Source: an uncultured Lentisphaerales bacterium
GTDB taxonomy: Bacteria > Verrucomicrobiota > Kiritimatiellia > RFP12 > UBA3636
Assembly: GCA_964553035.1 (NCBI GenBank)
Contig: CAZKJH010000005.1
Location: 1 to 62,632, forward strand
Direction: 5' to 3'
Length of the DNA: 62,632 bases
Shown one piece after another: positions 17,817 to 27,220 of this stretch. The notes under the pieces were generated by a model, which was not told the origin of the DNA, made no database searches, and saw only the letters and a program-made list of their open reading frames with translations. Position numbers and translations under genes: made by a program. Within the stretch, counting starts at the first letter, position 1. Each line of letters opens with the position of its first letter.

Positions 17817-18932
17817 TTATTTTAGCATGTTCTGACCGCCAGTCACAGGAATGGCTTGGCCGGTCTCGTAAAGTTGTTCGACGCAATACAGAATCGCCTT
17901 CGTCACATCGGAAGGCGAACAGCCGCGGCGCATCGGAACCTTCGCAACGTAAAAATCATACACATCCTGAACGGTTTTTGCACCCGGAACTTTGCCTGCT
18001 TTCAAATACTGCACAAAGAGCCCCTTCTCTGGATCGTTCCAAAGTGGACCTTCATAATAATTCCCAGGACAGATTGCGTTAACTTTGATGCGGTGCTCGA
18101 CAAGCTCCTTTGCAAAACTCTGCACAAGCCCGATGCCACCAAACTTGCCACCCGCGTATGCAAAATTTTTGTTCGATCCTTCTAGACCAGACTTCGAATT
18201 GATCTGCACAATATCGCTTGTATATGACTCGTCGAAACGCGCTTGAATTTTCATCGGACGCGCGGCGTACTTGGTCATCAAGAAAAATGCCGTGTAGTTG
18301 ATGCGCGTGACAAACTCGAAAGCCTGTAGCGTCATTTCCTCAAGGCCGCCCGCGCGCAAGATGCCTGCGTTGCTAACCAGAAGATCAAGCCCGCCAAAGC
18401 GCAGCACGGTCTGTTGAATCAAGTTCTGGACTGATGCCTCGTCACCCACATCCACCGCAAGCGCGTACGCCGTTCCGGCTCCGTGCTTTTCATTCAGCGA
18501 GGCTGCCACGGTCTCGGCAAGCGCGAGGTTCATATCCGCGATGACGAGGGTTGCGCCGCTAACGGCGAGTTCGCGAGCAATGCCTTCGCCAAACCCCTGT
18601 GCGCCGCCGGTGACCATGCTGATTCGTCCGGCAGACCGTGTTCCATTCTTGCTAGACGGCTCAGTAAGAGTAAACACCCCAACATCCTCAACAATAATGT
18701 GGCAGGGTCTTACACCCTGCGCCGCAGCTTGTTGAAGATTCGCGTAAACTGCATCAAGCGTGTCGCAATCCTTGATACTTAAGGTTAGATCGGCTGCATC
18801 CCCAGGCAGCCCCTTCTCGTCAAACGATACGAGAACTTGATCGTCCCGTTTAAACATCGCCCGAATTGCAGGTGCAATTGCTCCTGCAGCGTTATCAATG
18901 CCTCCGGTCGCTTCAACCCACTGTTTCATCAC
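17817..18932 (-). CDS. Short-chain dehydrogenase/reductase, sorbitol-6-phosphate-dehydrogenase-like, with ~105-aa N-terminal extension
   Basis: 371-aa ORF. It has the Rossmann motif MVTGGAQGFGEGIA, the catalytic YAGGKFGG (YxxxK), and a C-terminal segment KVPMRRGCSPSDV...TGQAIPVTGGQ resembling SrlD/SorD-type enzymes (recalled from memory). Confidence 0.75.
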   Translation of the reverse strand: MMKQWVEATGGIDNAAGAIAPAIRAMFKRDDQVLVSFDEKGLPGDAADLTLSIKDCDTLDAVYANLQQAAAQGVRPCHIIVEDVGVFTLTEPSSKNGTRSAGRISMVTGGAQGFGEGIARELAVSGATLVIADMNLALAETVAASLNEKHGAGTAYALAVDVGDEASVQNLIQQTVLRFGGLDLLVSNAGILRAGGLEEMTLQAFEFVTRINYTAFFLMTKYAARPMKIQARFDESYTSDIVQINSKSGLEGSNKNFAYAGGKFGGIGLVQSFAKELVEHRIKVNAICPGNYYEGPLWNDPEKGLFVQYLKAGKVPGAKTVQDVYDFYVAKVPMRRGCSPSDVTKAILYCVEQLYETGQAIPVTGGQNMLK

Positions 18933-18974
18933 TCAGATCCATTCTTTGTAAAATTGTAGTCTCACAGGACTAGA

Positions 18975-19013
18975 CACTAGCGACTCGCCACTAGCGACTA
19001 GCCACTAGCGACT
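18975..19013. repeat. Three tandem 14-bp units (CACTAGCGACT + 3 nt) between the MDR and SDR cistrons
   Basis: Read directly. CTAG occurs at 18970, 18977, 18991, 18998 and 19005, a spacing of 7 or 14 bp, so TAG stops fall in all three frames of the coding (minus) strand. Confidence 0.85.
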
Positions 19014-19019
19014 TCTCCC

Positions 19020-20288
19020 TCAAATCGCCTCCGCATTGGCCAGCAAGTACCGCTCGGCGGCGGCGCACCAGAGCCCGTTGTTCTTCCCCACGATATCGGC
19101 CAACGCGGCAAAGACGCGATCCGATTCTCCGAGTTTTTTGAAATCCGAGATCGCGACTAATGGCATCTTGATCTGCGTGTAGATGAGCTTCTTACCACCA
19201 GAAATCTTCGGCAGATGCAATGTGGTTTCAATCACGCTGTCGAGTCCTCCCACGTGCGTGATCATGGCGGAGGGATTCACCTTACCGGTGGACATGACCT
19301 CGAGAGCCTCAAGCAGGTCCTCTGTCGTTCCTCCGCTGTTGCCAGCGAGGTGAGTGAGGTTATAGTGGACGTTATAGAAATTGAGCTTCGCGGAGAATGT
19401 GGGATCCGTCGGCCCAGCGAAGAAGTTGAGACAGCCATCGTAGCCGAGGATTTTGTCGGCCTGCTCGATCACGGCGGGAACTGGGGCGAAGGCGTAGACA
19501 TCGTTGAAACCTTTATCGCCGGTGAGCTTGAGAAATTCGGCGACGACATCATCCATTCCGGAGGTGTTGACATAGATGAGCTCAACGCCACAGCGCTTTG
19601 CCTCTTCAACGGTATAGATGGAGGCGGCACGAGCAAGACGAGCGGCATCGATGTCGCTGACAACGAGGCGTCCAGGCTTACGAGGCCCATGAAGAGCGAA
19701 ATCGATCGCGCCGAGGCCCATGGGACCGACACCAGCAAGGAGTGCCATGTTGCCGCCTGCAACTATGCCCATCGTGTGCTCGTAGCTACCGGGGCGCTTG
19801 TAATGGTAATTGACATTGAAGCCGCCAACGATGCAAGACATGGGCTCGCCGAGGGAGCCGAAGTAGAACGCCTCGCCCGTATACGGAAGGAGACAGCCTC
19901 GATCCATGACCTTCGCGGGAATCACGATATAGGTCGCAGCACCGCCGATAAATGGAAAGGAGTAGCCCGGCGCGGCGTAGACGTTGTCAGGATGGTTTAT
20001 CGCCGGTTGGATGGCAAAGCGATCCCCCACCTTAAACTGAGAAGCCCACTTGCTCCCCACTTCCAAAATTTCACCACAGAATTCATGCCCGATAATGACC
20101 GGATTCGTCGCTGCATCTTTCGGGACGCGCTTGTGATCGGTGCCCTGCATCGCCGCTTTGTAAGAGGACATACAGATACTGTCCGAAATCACCTTCGCGA
20201 GAATTTCATCCGACTTGATAGCAGGAAGCTCAAATTCCTCTAGCCGAAGGTCTTCTTTTCCGTACAGTCTGACAGCTTTGGTTTTCAT
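19020..20288 (-). CDS. Zinc-dependent medium-chain dehydrogenase/reductase, L-sorbose-1-phosphate-reductase-like
   Basis: 422-aa ORF. The N-terminus MKTKAVRLYGKEDLRLEEFELP...GHEFCGEILEVG is typical of MDR enzymes. Its ~420-aa length and N-terminus resemble proteins annotated as SorE (recalled from memory, not searched). Confidence 0.75.
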   Translation of the reverse strand: MKTKAVRLYGKEDLRLEEFELPAIKSDEILAKVISDSICMSSYKAAMQGTDHKRVPKDAATNPVIIGHEFCGEILEVGSKWASQFKVGDRFAIQPAINHPDNVYAAPGYSFPFIGGAATYIVIPAKVMDRGCLLPYTGEAFYFGSLGEPMSCIVGGFNVNYHYKRPGSYEHTMGIVAGGNMALLAGVGPMGLGAIDFALHGPRKPGRLVVSDIDAARLARAASIYTVEEAKRCGVELIYVNTSGMDDVVAEFLKLTGDKGFNDVYAFAPVPAVIEQADKILGYDGCLNFFAGPTDPTFSAKLNFYNVHYNLTHLAGNSGGTTEDLLEALEVMSTGKVNPSAMITHVGGLDSVIETTLHLPKISGGKKLIYTQIKMPLVAISDFKKLGESDRVFAALADIVGKNNGLWCAAAERYLLANAEAI

Positions 20289-20353
20289 GTGATATACTCC
20301 TAAAACGGTGGTTTATTGAAATTTCCATCAGATTGTAGCATAGTATTTGTTAT

Positions 20354-20578
20354 TTGTTAACATAAAAATGTTACTTTTTTTCAAATATTTTAGGTTTGTA
20401 ACACGACATAACATTGGCTGAAAATAAGAACTTAGTGTAACATTGTTTTCGAGAAATATTATGTAAAGACTTCAACACGTTGATTTTGCTTCTAGCGAAT
20501 CTATCGCTTGTCATTCAGATAAGTCTGTGATAATATTGGGTTTGTTTCCATATTTAACACTGAAATTTGTGTTACAAA
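20354..20578. promoter_or_regulatory. AT-rich divergent control region with at least 6 copies of TGTAACA/TGTTACA-like words (candidate DeoR operators)
   Basis: TTGTTAACAT 20355-64, ATGTTACT 20369-76, TTGTAACACG 20396-405, GTGTAACATTG 20436-46, TTTAACACTG 20553-62, TGTGTTACAAA 20568-78. Confidence 0.3.
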
Positions 20579-20586
20579 GGAGTTTT

Positions 20587-21345
20587 ATGGGCATAGATCG
20601 TCGTGATGAAGTCAACAAATTTATTCAATCCAAGGGTGAAGTAAGCCTTCTGGAGCTTGAAGCACAACATCCCGAGGTCTCCAGCATGACGCTCCGACGG
20701 GATCTCGAACACCTTGAGCGGATGGGGCATATCATCCGCATCCGCGGCGGTGCTAAATCAATCGCTCACCTCTCCCTGCTAAAGGAAGCCGCCTACACGC
20801 AGCGTCAGGCGGAGCACGCAGAAGCCAAGATGGAAATTGCACGCAAAGCACTGACACTTCTTTCTCCAGGGAGGTCGATTTACATCGATTCAGGAACTAC
20901 CTGTATGGGCTTTGCCCAGCGGATTCCAGACGAATCCCTCTTCGTCCTCACATCTGCTCCCAACATCGCGATGGAACTCGTAAAAAACGCGAACGTCAAG
21001 ATCAACCTTACTGGAGGTCAACTCGACCGCGAAACGCTCACGCTTTCGGGCTTCAACGCTGTGGAGTACGTTAAATCGCTCAACATCGACCTTGCGTTCA
21101 TGGCGGCCAGTGCTTTCTCCCTTACAAGCGGTTTCACCTGCGGTGATTACTACGAAGCCGAGCTGAAGCGGCTCATCGTTAAAAAGGCACAACATGTTAT
21201 CATTCTGATGGACTCCAGCAAAGTGAACGGCAGCATGCCCCACACCTTTGCAAGGATCCAAAACATCCAGACTCTCATTACAGACCAGCCACTCCCAGAG
21301 GATTACCAGAAAGCCTTGCGGCAAGCCAACGTCGTGGTGCGCTGA
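20587..21345 (+). CDS. DeoR-family transcriptional regulator
   Basis: I moved the start to the ATG at 20587, which has AAAGGAG 6 nt upstream. The winged-HTH segment is SLLELEAQHPEVSSMTLRRDLEHLERMGHIIRIRGGA. The C-terminal half is a DeoR sugar-phosphate-binding fold (IYIDSGTT...AFMAASA). Confidence 0.85.
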   Translation: MGIDRRDEVNKFIQSKGEVSLLELEAQHPEVSSMTLRRDLEHLERMGHIIRIRGGAKSIAHLSLLKEAAYTQRQAEHAEAKMEIARKALTLLSPGRSIYIDSGTTCMGFAQRIPDESLFVLTSAPNIAMELVKNANVKINLTGGQLDRETLTLSGFNAVEYVKSLNIDLAFMAASAFSLTSGFTCGDYYEAELKRLIVKKAQHVIILMDSSKVNGSMPHTFARIQNIQTLITDQPLPEDYQKALRQANVVVR

Positions 21346-21543
21346 TAGCGAATTCAACAACGTTGAATTCGCTTCGGAGTCAGAAGACAGAAGCAGGAAT
21401 GCAAGAAAAGCTTTGTCGAGCTTGGGCATAACCACCTATGCATGGAAATCCTTATCGCGCATGGAAATCCTTAACAAAATCCAAGTTGACGATTGTATAT
21501 AATATGATACATTATCAAGTACAAATAAAGCAGGAGAAAAATC

Positions 21544-21603
21544 ATGCAACGAATCAGACTCGATCAAGACAGTAAACCCAAACCTTTCTCTCCGCTACCA
21601 TGA
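21544..21603 (+). CDS. Possible 19-codon upstream ORF translationally coupled (ATGA) to the helicase gene
   Basis: It encodes MQRIRLDQDSKPKPFSPLP. AGGAG lies 7 nt upstream of its ATG. Its TGA overlaps the helicase ATG at 21600, and the helicase has no Shine-Dalgarno sequence of its own. Confidence 0.25.
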   Translation: MQRIRLDQDSKPKPFSPLP

Positions 21604-23576
21604 CCGATCTTGCATCCCTTCTCAATCCCGAGCAATTCGAGGCCGCAACGGCACCCGACGGTCCCTTGCTGATTCTCGCCGCCGCTGGAACGGGCAAGAC
21701 TCGTACGCTTGTCTATCGGGTGGTGCATCTGATCGAACGCGGCTTGTCCCCTTCGCAAATCCTGCTGCTCACCTTCACCAATCGCGCTGCACGGGAAATG
21801 CTTGAGCGTGCCGAAAGCGTCACGCTCGGCATTACATCGGGTCTCTGGGGCGGCACCTTCCACCATGTTGCCAACCGCATCCTGCGCAAGTACGGGCCAC
21901 GCATCGGCTACCCGAACGATTTCAGAATTCTCGATGCCGACGATCAAAAAACGCTTATGGGGCATTGCATCAAGGACGCAGGCTTCACAGCAAAGAATTT
22001 CCCGAAACGAGAGATCGTCCTCGGTCTGCTCAGCGGGTCTGTAAACCGCGGGGTTGACTTCAGCGACTTCCTCGACGAAAAATCGGACAATATCGAAGCA
22101 AGCCCTGACAGTATCATCAAGGTCACCAATGCCTACATCCGCCGCAAGTTCGACCTCCATGCCATGGACTTCGATGACCTCCTTGTCCTCGCACTACGTG
22201 TGATGAAGGATCACGACGATATTCGCCAATACTACCAAACTCGCTTCAAGCATGTGCTTGTCGACGAATATCAAGATACGAACACCTTGCAATCGGAATT
22301 CGTTGACCTCCTCGCTGAGGGCCACCGCAACCTCTCCGTCGTCGGCGATGACTTCCAATGCATCTACTCGTGGCGTGGCTCGAATTACCGGAACATCATG
22401 GATTTTCCTGTCCGCTATCCCGAGGCCCGGATCATCAAGCTAGAACAGAACTACCGAAGCCGTCCGGAAATCCTTGCCGTCGCCAACGAATCGATCAAGC
22501 ACAATCCAGAGCAATTCCAGAAAGTTTTGCGCCCCACACGCACGTCCAAAGGACAACTGCCGACAACGTACAGTGTCTATTCCGATCAAGAGCAGTCATC
22601 GAAAATAGCCGAAATCATCAAGACGGCTCTCGATGACGGCTACCGATACAGCGATATTGCGATCCTCTACCGCTCGCACTTTCATTCCATCGAAACGCAG
22701 ATGATGTTCACGAAGACCCACACGCCCTACGCCATCACCTCGGGTGTTGGTTTCTTCGAACAAGCTCATGCCAAAGATATTATCGCGCTCGTTCGCCTCA
22801 CGGAATTCCCCTCGGACTGGCTGTCCTTCTCTCGCGTGGTCGGCATGCTCAGAGGCATGGGCCCCGCCGGAACGGAAAAGCTCTGGAACAAGCTCGGCGG
22901 CGTTTTTAAAGCAGAAGAAAAGGATCACCTCAACAACTTACTCTCTCTAATGCCGGAAAAGGCGAGAGTGCAATGGGCGCCCATCAGCGATGCGATTGCC
23001 AGCTATAAGGCGATGAAATCCTCTGTGAGAGGTCTCATCAATGATTTCATCACAGCCTTTTACGAGTTGCATCTCAAAAACGAATACGACAACTATCAAG
23101 ACCGCATCGACGATATCCGCGAACTCGGTACTGAGATCGAGCGTCGCGGAAACGTCCGCGAATTTTTGGCCGACATCGCCCTCCTCACCAACATCGATGT
23201 CGAAGGTGAAAATCGCGACATCGAGAACAAGCCGCATGTGCTTCTCAGCACGATCCACCAGGCGAAGGGGCTCGAATGGCCCATCGTCATTCTCTTGTGG
23301 GCCGTTGAAGGCATGTTCCCCTCGGGGCGATCGATCACCGAAGAAGCAGACGATTACGAAGAGCGGCGTCTGTTCTACGTCACCGTGACCCGTGCCAAAG
23401 AACGGTTACACATCATGGTTCCTCGCGTCCGGTTCATGCATGACGGCGGAATGCTCGAATGCGAACCGACACGCTTCATCAAGGAGATTCCACAAAACCT
23501 CCTCGACAAGCAAGCCCCCGCTCCCTACCGCCAGAACGTAACAAACTTCCCGCGCTACAACCGCACCTTCCGATGA
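21600..23576 (+). CDS. UvrD/Rep/PcrA-family ATP-dependent DNA helicase
   Basis: 658-aa ORF with Walker A AAAGTGKT, motif II VDEYQDTN, and TIHQAKGLEW / LFYVTVTRAKERL. Confidence 0.9.
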   Translation: MTDLASLLNPEQFEAATAPDGPLLILAAAGTGKTRTLVYRVVHLIERGLSPSQILLLTFTNRAAREMLERAESVTLGITSGLWGGTFHHVANRILRKYGPRIGYPNDFRILDADDQKTLMGHCIKDAGFTAKNFPKREIVLGLLSGSVNRGVDFSDFLDEKSDNIEASPDSIIKVTNAYIRRKFDLHAMDFDDLLVLALRVMKDHDDIRQYYQTRFKHVLVDEYQDTNTLQSEFVDLLAEGHRNLSVVGDDFQCIYSWRGSNYRNIMDFPVRYPEARIIKLEQNYRSRPEILAVANESIKHNPEQFQKVLRPTRTSKGQLPTTYSVYSDQEQSSKIAEIIKTALDDGYRYSDIAILYRSHFHSIETQMMFTKTHTPYAITSGVGFFEQAHAKDIIALVRLTEFPSDWLSFSRVVGMLRGMGPAGTEKLWNKLGGVFKAEEKDHLNNLLSLMPEKARVQWAPISDAIASYKAMKSSVRGLINDFITAFYELHLKNEYDNYQDRIDDIRELGTEIERRGNVREFLADIALLTNIDVEGENRDIENKPHVLLSTIHQAKGLEWPIVILLWAVEGMFPSGRSITEEADDYEERRLFYVTVTRAKERLHIMVPRVRFMHDGGMLECEPTRFIKEIPQNLLDKQAPAPYRQNVTNFPRYNRTFR

Positions 23577-23633
23577 ATGGGTGGGGCCTACCCTGCCCCT
23601 ACGAACGGGTTGGCATTGCCTACCCCTACCCTT

Positions 23634-26600
23634 ATGAATACACTCCTTCAATCCGCACTAGCAGATCGCATCCTGCTCCTCGACGGCGCCATGGGAACCT
23701 TGCTGCAATGCCTCGCCCTCGTGGAGTCTGATTTCCGCAACATAATTCTGAAAAATCATAGCATTCCACTCAAGGGCAACAACGACTTGCTTTGTCTGAC
23801 GCGCCCAGACATCATCGCGCAAATCCACCAGCTCTATTTGAAGGCGGGTGCCGACATCATCTCGACCAACTCGTTCAATGCCAATGCCATTTCGCAACGC
23901 GACTTCAATACAGAGTCGTGGGTCTACGAAATGAATCTCGCCGCTGCCAAACTCGCCAAAAAGGCCGCTATGGCCTACTCCACCTCAGAACGACCTCGCT
24001 TCGCTTGCGGCAGTATGGGCCCCACCGGTAAAACAGCCTCAATCTCCCCCAGTGCAGATGATCCCGCTATCCGAGCTGTCACCTTCGATGAACTTGTCAA
24101 GGCCTACACCACACAGATAAGTGGACTCCTCGATGGCGGCATTGACATCCTGATGTTCGAAACATGCTTCGATGCGCTTAACGTCAAGGCTGGCATCTAC
24201 GCCATTGCTTGCGAGTTCGAAGCACGCGGCACTACAGTGCCCGTCATGATTTCCGCCTCTGTGTCGGGCCTCGGTGCGCGCCTCCTCACCGGCCAGACCA
24301 TTGAAGCCTTTTGCACCGCTGTTTCGCACACCCCTCACCTCCTTTCAATCGGCCTCAACTGCGGTATGGGAGCAGCGCAACTCGGCCCCGTATTGAAACG
24401 ACTCAATGCTGTCGCACCTTGCCGCGTCAGCGTACATCCCAATGCCGGACTCCCCAACGCATTCGGTTTCTATTCTCAAACGCCCGAGCTGATGTGTGAA
24501 GAACTCGTTCCGCTCCTCGAGCAAGGCCTCGCCAGCATCGTCGGCGGATGCTGCGGCACAGGACCGGAACACATCAAGGCCCTTTCGGATGCACTCTTCC
24601 CATACGATGCCCCCTCCCTCCCACCTCGCGCCTCCAAACCGGCTCATGTTTTTTCTGGGCTTAACAATCTCACGCTACCACAAGACCCACGCCGATTCAT
24701 CCTCGTAGGAGAGCGCGCCAATGTGGCAGGGTCCCGACGCTTTCTCAGACTCATGAAGGAACGCAACTACTCGGAGGCTATCAGCATCGCCCGTGCGCAG
24801 GTCGTCGCCGGTGCAGACATCATCGACGTGAATATGGACGACCCAATGCTCGATGCACCTGCCGCCATCACCACGTTTCTCAACCACGCCGCCACCGAAC
24901 CACTCCTCTCCAACGTGCCCGTGATGATCGACTCTTCAGACTGGGAAACCGTTCTCGCCGGTCTCAAATGCCTACAGGGCTGCGGCATCGTGAACTCCAT
25001 CAGCCTCAAAGACGGGCCCGAAGACTTTGTTGCCCGCGCACGTGAGGTTCATCGCCTCGGTTGTGCGGTGCTCATTATGTGCTTTGATGAAAAAGGCCAG
25101 GCCGACACGTTTGCACGTCGCTGTGAAATCGCCGCACGTAGCTACCACCTTCTTGTCGAAAACGGCTTCCCTCCAGAACGCATCATTATCGACGCAAATG
25201 TTTTTGCTATCGCTACTGGTATGCCTGAACACGATGGCTTGGCTGCCGAATTCATCGAAACCGTTCGTTGGATCAAAGTGAACCTTCCACAGGCACTCAC
25301 GAGCGGCGGTATCAGCAACGTCTCTTTCTCCTTCCGAGGTAATGATACGATTCGCTCTTGGATCCATTCCGTCTTCCTGCACCATGCTGAAGAGGCCGGG
25401 CTCGACATGGGCATCGTCAATCCAGCGACGATGGAAGATTACGACAGCATCCCCGCCGCAGAACGCTCCCTCGTCGAAGATGCCGTGCTCAACCGCACAC
25501 CAGATGCTTGTGAACGCCTTTCAGAACTTGCCATCAAACTCACCGCTCAGGAACGCCCCACATCCGATGCGCCCACCCCGTGTGGCAGTGTTGAGACCCT
25601 GCCCCCAGCCCTACAGTTGCAGGCCATCGTTGTATCGGGCGATACAGACGAACTAGACAAAGTCCTGACTTTAGCCCTCGATGAATACCACAAGCAGGGG
25701 CTGAGTTATGCAGATTCGGCCTTGGCAATTCTTGAGGGGCCACTGATGAACGGTCTTGCCCAAGTGGGAGAACTTTTCGGAACGGGCAGACTTTTTCTAC
25801 CACAAGTTCTCAAAAGCGCACGGGTGATGAAGCTCGCATCGGCAGTACTTGAACCTTTTTTAAGCCATGACGACACCTCTTCGCCAGCACCGCTACCCTC
25901 ACATCTCGGGGATGCTCCCAAAATATCGAAAAAGCCGCACATGCTCATCGCAACGGTCAAAGGTGATGTCCATGACATTGGCAAAAACATCGTCGGAATT
26001 GTCATGCGATGTAGCGGATGGAACGTCACTGACCTCGGCGTAATGGTATCCAGCGAGCAGATCATTGAAGTCGCCAAAAATAACTGCGTTGATCTGATCG
26101 GTCTCTCGGGGCTCATCACGCCCTCACTCGCCGAAATGGAGCACGTGGCAGAGTCTCTTGAGAAGGAAAATCTCCGTATTCCGCTCGTCGTCGGTGGTGC
26201 AGCCGTTTCGAAAATGCATACGGCTCTCAAAATTGCCCCCAAATACTCAGGCATTGTGGCTTGCGGCGGCGATGCTTCAGAAATGCCAGCTCTCTGCGCT
26301 TCTCTCGTGCGCAGCAGCGGACAGCACGTAACAGCGGCCAGGATAGCAGAAGAGCAGGAAGAATTGCGTGGCAGCCATCGTAGCGCTCAAGAGTCCAAGA
26401 TATCCCTTGAACAGGCTCGCGAAAGAGCACGTGCAAAAGGCAAGCGCAGAATCCCAGCACCCACTCCCAGCGATCCCTCTGTGCACATCTTCCGCGATAT
26501 TCCGCTTGCAGAACTCATTCCGCTGATTACGTGGCCGATGTTTTTAAAAGCGTTTGGTTTCAGAACGTCTGCTCAGCAAAAATCTCAGGATGCCGAGAGA

Positions 26601-27197
26601 CTGCTCATCGATGCTCAAGCCTTCCTCGCTTCACTTCCGCTCGCAAACGGCGAAACTATTCATGTCCATGGCGTCTCGGGAATATTTCCTGCGTACGCCG
26701 AAGACGAGACAATACAGGTGGCATTCAAAGATTCCGTTTTCCCTGTGAACACAGCACGTCTTCTCTCAGAAAAAGGCGAAGGCGAGTGCATTGCGGATTA
26801 TATCCTGTCGAAGACATCTGGACAAACCGACTGGATCGGCATGCAAGCGGTCTGTGCTGGAAACGGACTCAATGACATCCATGTAGCCCTGCGCAAATCG
26901 CACGATGAATACCGTTCGCTGATAGCCGACATGCTGGCCACGCGGCTAGCAGAGGCTGGAGCAGAATGGCTGCACCGGAAAACGGTCGCTGATTTTTGGG
27001 GCGGTGGAGATACCGGCATGCGTCCTGCACCCGGCTACCCCTCCTGCCCTGACCACGCGCTCAAACGGATCATCTTCGATGCACTCGATGCCGAAGCGGC
27101 GATCGAAGCCCGCCTCACCGACTCACACATGATGATTCCCGAAGCCTCCACTTGCGCATTCATCATCCGAACTGATCAGAAACTGAGTGGGGGGTAG
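23634..27197 (+). CDS. metH: Cobalamin-dependent methionine synthase
   Basis: I moved the start to the ATG at 23634 (MNTLLQSALADRILLLDGAMGT). Homocysteine-binding, pterin-binding (GERANVAGSRRF), B12-binding (DVHDIGKNIV) and AdoMet-activation domains follow in the canonical order. Confidence 0.93.
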   Translation: MNTLLQSALADRILLLDGAMGTLLQCLALVESDFRNIILKNHSIPLKGNNDLLCLTRPDIIAQIHQLYLKAGADIISTNSFNANAISQRDFNTESWVYEMNLAAAKLAKKAAMAYSTSERPRFACGSMGPTGKTASISPSADDPAIRAVTFDELVKAYTTQISGLLDGGIDILMFETCFDALNVKAGIYAIACEFEARGTTVPVMISASVSGLGARLLTGQTIEAFCTAVSHTPHLLSIGLNCGMGAAQLGPVLKRLNAVAPCRVSVHPNAGLPNAFGFYSQTPELMCEELVPLLEQGLASIVGGCCGTGPEHIKALSDALFPYDAPSLPPRASKPAHVFSGLNNLTLPQDPRRFILVGERANVAGSRRFLRLMKERNYSEAISIARAQVVAGADIIDVNMDDPMLDAPAAITTFLNHAATEPLLSNVPVMIDSSDWETVLAGLKCLQGCGIVNSISLKDGPEDFVARAREVHRLGCAVLIMCFDEKGQADTFARRCEIAARSYHLLVENGFPPERIIIDANVFAIATGMPEHDGLAAEFIETVRWIKVNLPQALTSGGISNVSFSFRGNDTIRSWIHSVFLHHAEEAGLDMGIVNPATMEDYDSIPAAERSLVEDAVLNRTPDACERLSELAIKLTAQERPTSDAPTPCGSVETLPPALQLQAIVVSGDTDELDKVLTLALDEYHKQGLSYADSALAILEGPLMNGLAQVGELFGTGRLFLPQVLKSARVMKLASAVLEPFLSHDDTSSPAPLPSHLGDAPKISKKPHMLIATVKGDVHDIGKNIVGIVMRCSGWNVTDLGVMVSSEQIIEVAKNNCVDLIGLSGLITPSLAEMEHVAESLEKENLRIPLVVGGAAVSKMHTALKIAPKYSGIVACGGDASEMPALCASLVRSSGQHVTAARIAEEQEELRGSHRSAQESKISLEQARERARAKGKRRIPAPTPSDPSVHIFRDIPLAELIPLITWPMFLKAFGFRTSAQQKSQDAERLLIDAQAFLASLPLANGETIHVHGVSGIFPAYAEDETIQVAFKDSVFPVNTARLLSEKGEGECIADYILSKTSGQTDWIGMQAVCAGNGLNDIHVALRKSHDEYRSLIADMLATRLAEAGAEWLHRKTVADFWGGGDTGMRPAPGYPSCPDHALKRIIFDALDAEAAIEARLTDSHMMIPEASTCAFIIRTDQKLSGG

Positions 27198-27220
27198 CGA
27201 CCGGCGAGTAGCGAGTGGAA

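Noticed and set aside
19215-20243. 342-aa ORF antisense to the MDR dehydrogenase gene. Similar antisense ORFs: 6748..7641, 10002..10934, 12440..13432, 37453..38214, 40176..40820, 15779..16432, 13979..14632.
   Set aside because: All are embedded opposite strongly supported genes. They have no motifs and no ribosome-binding sites. I treat them as shadow ORFs.
21486-21513. TTGACG ... TATAAT upstream of the helicase uORF as a sigma70 promoter
   Set aside because: The spacer between TTGACG (21486-91) and TATAAT (21498-503) is only 6 nt. The alternative -10 hexamers are poor.
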